Shown here: in pieces, positions 59,901 through 64,000 of the stretch
Position numbering within the stretch: position 1 is the stretch's first letter
Layout: each line of letters begins with the position of its first letter
NCBI GenBank assembly: GCA_040954595.2
Contig: CM082580.2
Span: forward strand, 982,783-1,046,782
Direction: 5' to 3'
DNA: 64,000 bases
Source: Balanoglossus misakiensis
Taxonomy: Eukaryota > Animalia > Hemichordata
The notes under the pieces: model-generated
What the model saw: only the letters and a program-made list of their open reading frames with translations
Database searches by the model: none
Told to the model about the DNA's origin: nothing
Position numbers and translations under genes: made by a program

Positions 59901-62900
59901 TTTGCATCACTATCTACTGTGATGCATCGTCAAGCATGCTTCGCCATTTGCCTTAATGCAAAGAATCAGATTAAATGTCACTGTTGCATTCGCAATGTCA
60001 AATTACTGTGCTTTTGGCCACGTATTAACCTGGCGATTTACAGTCAACTTTAAACATCTGTGCATATGCATTAAATACGCATGTCAAAGTGCAGTGTCTC
60101 CATCACCATTGATCCTGATGCATCACCAAGCATGCTTCGCTATATGCCCTGATGCAAAGAATCAGATTTAGTATCACAGTAGCATTAGCCATGTCAAATT
60201 ACAGTGCTTTTGGCTATGTATTAACCTGGGGATTTACAATCAACTTTAAATCCCCATATGCATTATATTCCAATGTCAATGTGAAGGGCTTGAAATACCA
60301 TCTACCCTGATGCATCATCAAGTTTGTTTCGCCATTAACCCTGATGCAAATAATCAGTGTCACCATAGCATCAGCTATGTCAAATTACTGAGCATTTGGC
60401 CATGTATTAACTTGCGGGTTTACAATCAACTTCAAATCCCCATATGCATTATATTGCAATGTTAACTTGAACGGCTTGAAACACCATCTATACTGATGCA
60501 TCATCAAGCTTTCTTCACAATTTACCCTGATGCAAAGAATCAGATTTAGTGTCGCCATAGCATTAGCAATGGCAAATAAAAGTGCTTTCGGCCACATATT
60601 AACCCAGGGATTTATAATCAACTTGAAATCCCTATATGAATTTTATACCTATGTCAAAGCGAAGTGCTTGCATCAATATCTACCGTGATGCATCATCAAG
60701 CTTGCTTCGCCATTTGCCCTAATGCAAAGAATCAGATTCAATGTCACTGTTGCATTAGCAATGTCAAATTATAGTGCGTTTGGCCGTATACTAACCTGGG
60801 GATTTACAATCAACTTTAAATCCCCATATGCATTATATTCTGATATCAATGTGAAGGGCTTGAAACACCATCTATCATGATGCATCATCAAGCTTGCTTC
60901 ACCATTTTCCCTGATGCAAAAAATCAGATTTAGTGTCATGGTAGCATTAGCAAATCCCCATATGCATTTGATACCCATGTCAAAGTGAAGTGTTTGCATC
61001 ACTATCTACCGTGATGCATCATCAAGCTTGCATCGCCATTCACCCTTATGCAAAGAATCAGATTCAATGTCACCGTTGCATTAGCAATGTCAAATTACAG
61101 TGCTTATGGCCACGTATTAACCTGAGGATTTACAGTCAACATTAAATACCCATGCATATCCATTAAATACCTATGTCAAAGTGCAGAGCTTGCATCACCA
61201 TTTACTCTGATGCACCATTAGGCTTGCTACGCCATTTCCCCTAATGCAAAGAATCACATTCAATGTCACCATTGCATTAGAAATTTTAAATTACAGTGTT
61301 TTTGGCCATGTATTAACCTATGGATTTGCAATTAACTTTAAATCCCCATATGCGTTATATTCCAATGTCAAGTGAAGGGCTTGAAACACCATCTATCCTG
61401 ATGCATCATCAAGCTTGCTTCACAATTTACCCTGATGCAAAAAATCACATTCAGCGTCACCATTTCATTAGCAATGTCAAATTACAGTGCTTATTGCCAC
61501 GTATTAACCTGGGAATTTACAGACAACTTTAAATACCCATGCATATACATTAAATACCTATGTCAAAGTGCAGAGCTTGCATCACCATTTACTCTGATGC
61601 ACCATTAGGCTTGCTACGCCATTTCCCCTAATGCAAAGAATCACATTCAATGTCACCATTGCATTAGCAATTTTAAATTACAGTGTTTTTGGCCATGTAT
61701 TAACCTATGGATTTGCAATTAACTTTAAATCCCCATATGCGTTATATTCCAATGTCAAGTGAAGGGCTTGAAACACCATCTATCCTGATGCATCATCAAG
61801 CTTGCTTCACAATTTACCCTGATGCAAAAAATCACATTCAGCGTCACCATTTCATTAGCAATGTCAAATTACAGTGCTTATTGTCACGTATTAACCTGGG
61901 AATTTACAGACAACTTTAAATACCCATGCATATACATTAAATACCTATGTCAAAGTGCAGAGCTTGCATCACCATCTACTCTGATGCATCATTAGGTTTG
62001 CATCGCCATTCCCCCTAATGCAAAGAATCAGATTCAATGTCACCCTTGCATTAGCAATTTTAAATTACAGTGCTTTTGGACATGTATTAACCTAGGGATT
62101 TTCAATCAACTTTAAATCCCCATATGCGTTATATTCCATTGTCAATGTGAAGGGCTTGAAACACCATCTGTCCTGATGCATCATCAAGCTTGCTTCACAA
62201 TTTACCCCGATGGAAAGAATCAGATTTAATGTCACGGTAGCATTAGCAATGTCAAACTACAGTGCTTATGGCCACGTATCAACCTGGGGATTTACAATCA
62301 ACTTTAAATCCCCATATGCGTTATATTCCAATGTCAATGTGAAGGGCTTGAAATACCATCTACCCTGATCCATCATCAAGCTGCTTCCCCATTTGCCCTG
62401 ATGCAAAGAATCAGATATAGTGTCAACATTGCATTAGCAATGTCAAATTACAGTGCTTTTGGACACGTATTAACACAGGGATTTATAATCTACTTGAAAT
62501 CCCTATATGCTTTTTATACCCATGTCTAAGCGAAGTGTTTGCATCACTATCTACTGTGATGCATCATCAAGCATGCTTCGCCATTTACGCTGATGCAAAG
62601 AATCAGATTCAATGTCACCATTGCATTAGCAATGTCAAATTACTGTGCTTTTGGCCATGTATAAACATCGGGATTTATAATCAACTTGAAATCCCCATAT
62701 GCTTTTTATACCCATGTCAAAGCGAAGTGTTTGCATCACTATCTACAGTAATGCATCGTCAAGCATGCTTCGCCATTTGCCCTAATGCAAAGAATCACAT
62801 TAAATGTCACTGTTGCATTCGCAATGTCAAATTACTGTGCTTTTGGCCACGTATTAACCTGGCGATTTACAGTCAACTTTAAATCCCCATATGCATTATA

Positions 62901-64000
62901 TTCCAATGTCAATGTGAAGGGCTTGAAAAACCATCTACCCTGATGCATCATCAAGTTTGTTTCGCCATTAACCCTGATGCAAATAATCAGTGTCACCATA
63001 GCATTAGCAATGGCAAATAAAAGTGCTTTCGGCCACATATTAACCCAGGGATTTATAATCAACTTGAAATCCCCATATGAATTTTATACCTATGTCAAAG
63101 CGAAGTGCTTGCATCAATATCTACCGTGATGCATCATCAAGCTTGCTTCGCCATTTGCCCTAATGCAAAGAATCAGATTCAATGTCACCCTTGCATTAGC
63201 AATGTCAAATTACAGTTCGTTTGGCCGTATACTAACCTGGGGATTTACAATCAACTTTAAATCCCCATATGCATTATATTCTAATGTCAATGTGAAGGGC
63301 TTGAAACACCATCTATCCTGATGCATCATCAAGCTTGCTTCACCATTTTCCCTGATGCAAAGAATCAGATTTAGTATCACGGTAGCATTAGCAATGTCAA
63401 ATTACAGTGCCTATGGCCACGTATTAACCTCGGGATGTACGGACAACTTTAAATACCCTTGCATATACATTTAATACCTATGTCAAAATGCAGAGCTTGC
63501 ATCACCATATACTCCAATGCATTATTAAGCTTGCTTCGCCATTTTCCCTGATGCAAAGAATCAGATTAAATGTCACCGTTGTATTAGCAATGTCAAATTA
63601 AAGTGCTTTTGGACTTGTATTAACCCAGGGATTTACAGTCAACTTTTAATCCCCCTGTATACATTTTAAACCCCGGTGTCAAAGTTTAGTGATTGCATCA
63701 CCATTGACCCTGGTGCATCATCAAGCATTCTTCAGAATTTGCCCTGATGCAAAGAATCAGATTCAATGTCACCCTTGCATTAGCAATTTTAAATTACAGT
63801 GCTTTTGGACATGTATTAACCTAGGGATTTACAGTCAACATTAAATACCCATGCACATGCATTAAATACCTATGTCAAAATGCATAGCTTGCATCACCAT
63901 CTACTCCAATGCATCATTAAGCTTGCTTAGCCATTTCCCCTAATGCAAAGAATTACATTCAATGTCACCATTTCATTAGCAATGTCAAATTACAGTGCTT
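56950..64000 (+). repeat. ~193-bp satellite with higher-order structure, runs off the window end
   Basis: ATGCAAAGAATCAGA recurs about every 186-196 bp. Closer matches at periods 287, 387 and 2264 bp (ORF pairs 57084/57371, 61320/61707, 57692/59956, 58121/60385). Confidence 0.95.

Overview
Eukaryotic, AT-rich, repeat-saturated DNA, probably from a marine invertebrate (inferred from the transposon families only). No host gene can be supported. Two satellites bound the window: an A-tract satellite at ~1-10000 and a ~193-bp satellite at 56950-64000. Between them lies a nest of mobile elements: a foldback Academ derivative, several MITEs, a dead Gmr1-type Gypsy (INT before RT), a Mag-type Gypsy whose gag-pol is tandemly duplicated between one LTR pair, an 11-exon Kolobok transposase remnant with four nested insertions, SINEs and segmental duplications. 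The best candidate for an undescribed system is a 5.47-kb element at 18690-24163 inserted into the Gmr1 pol. It has a 3-bp TSD and bipartite RSS-like ends (CACT terminus plus an identical 11-mer at offsets 27-37 of both ends). It encodes a spliced RAG1/Transib-like DDE transposase that appears to lack the RAG1 zinc ligands, plus a convergent, intact 216-aa ORF of unknown family in the position RAG2L occupies in ProtoRAG. All protein comparisons were made by eye.
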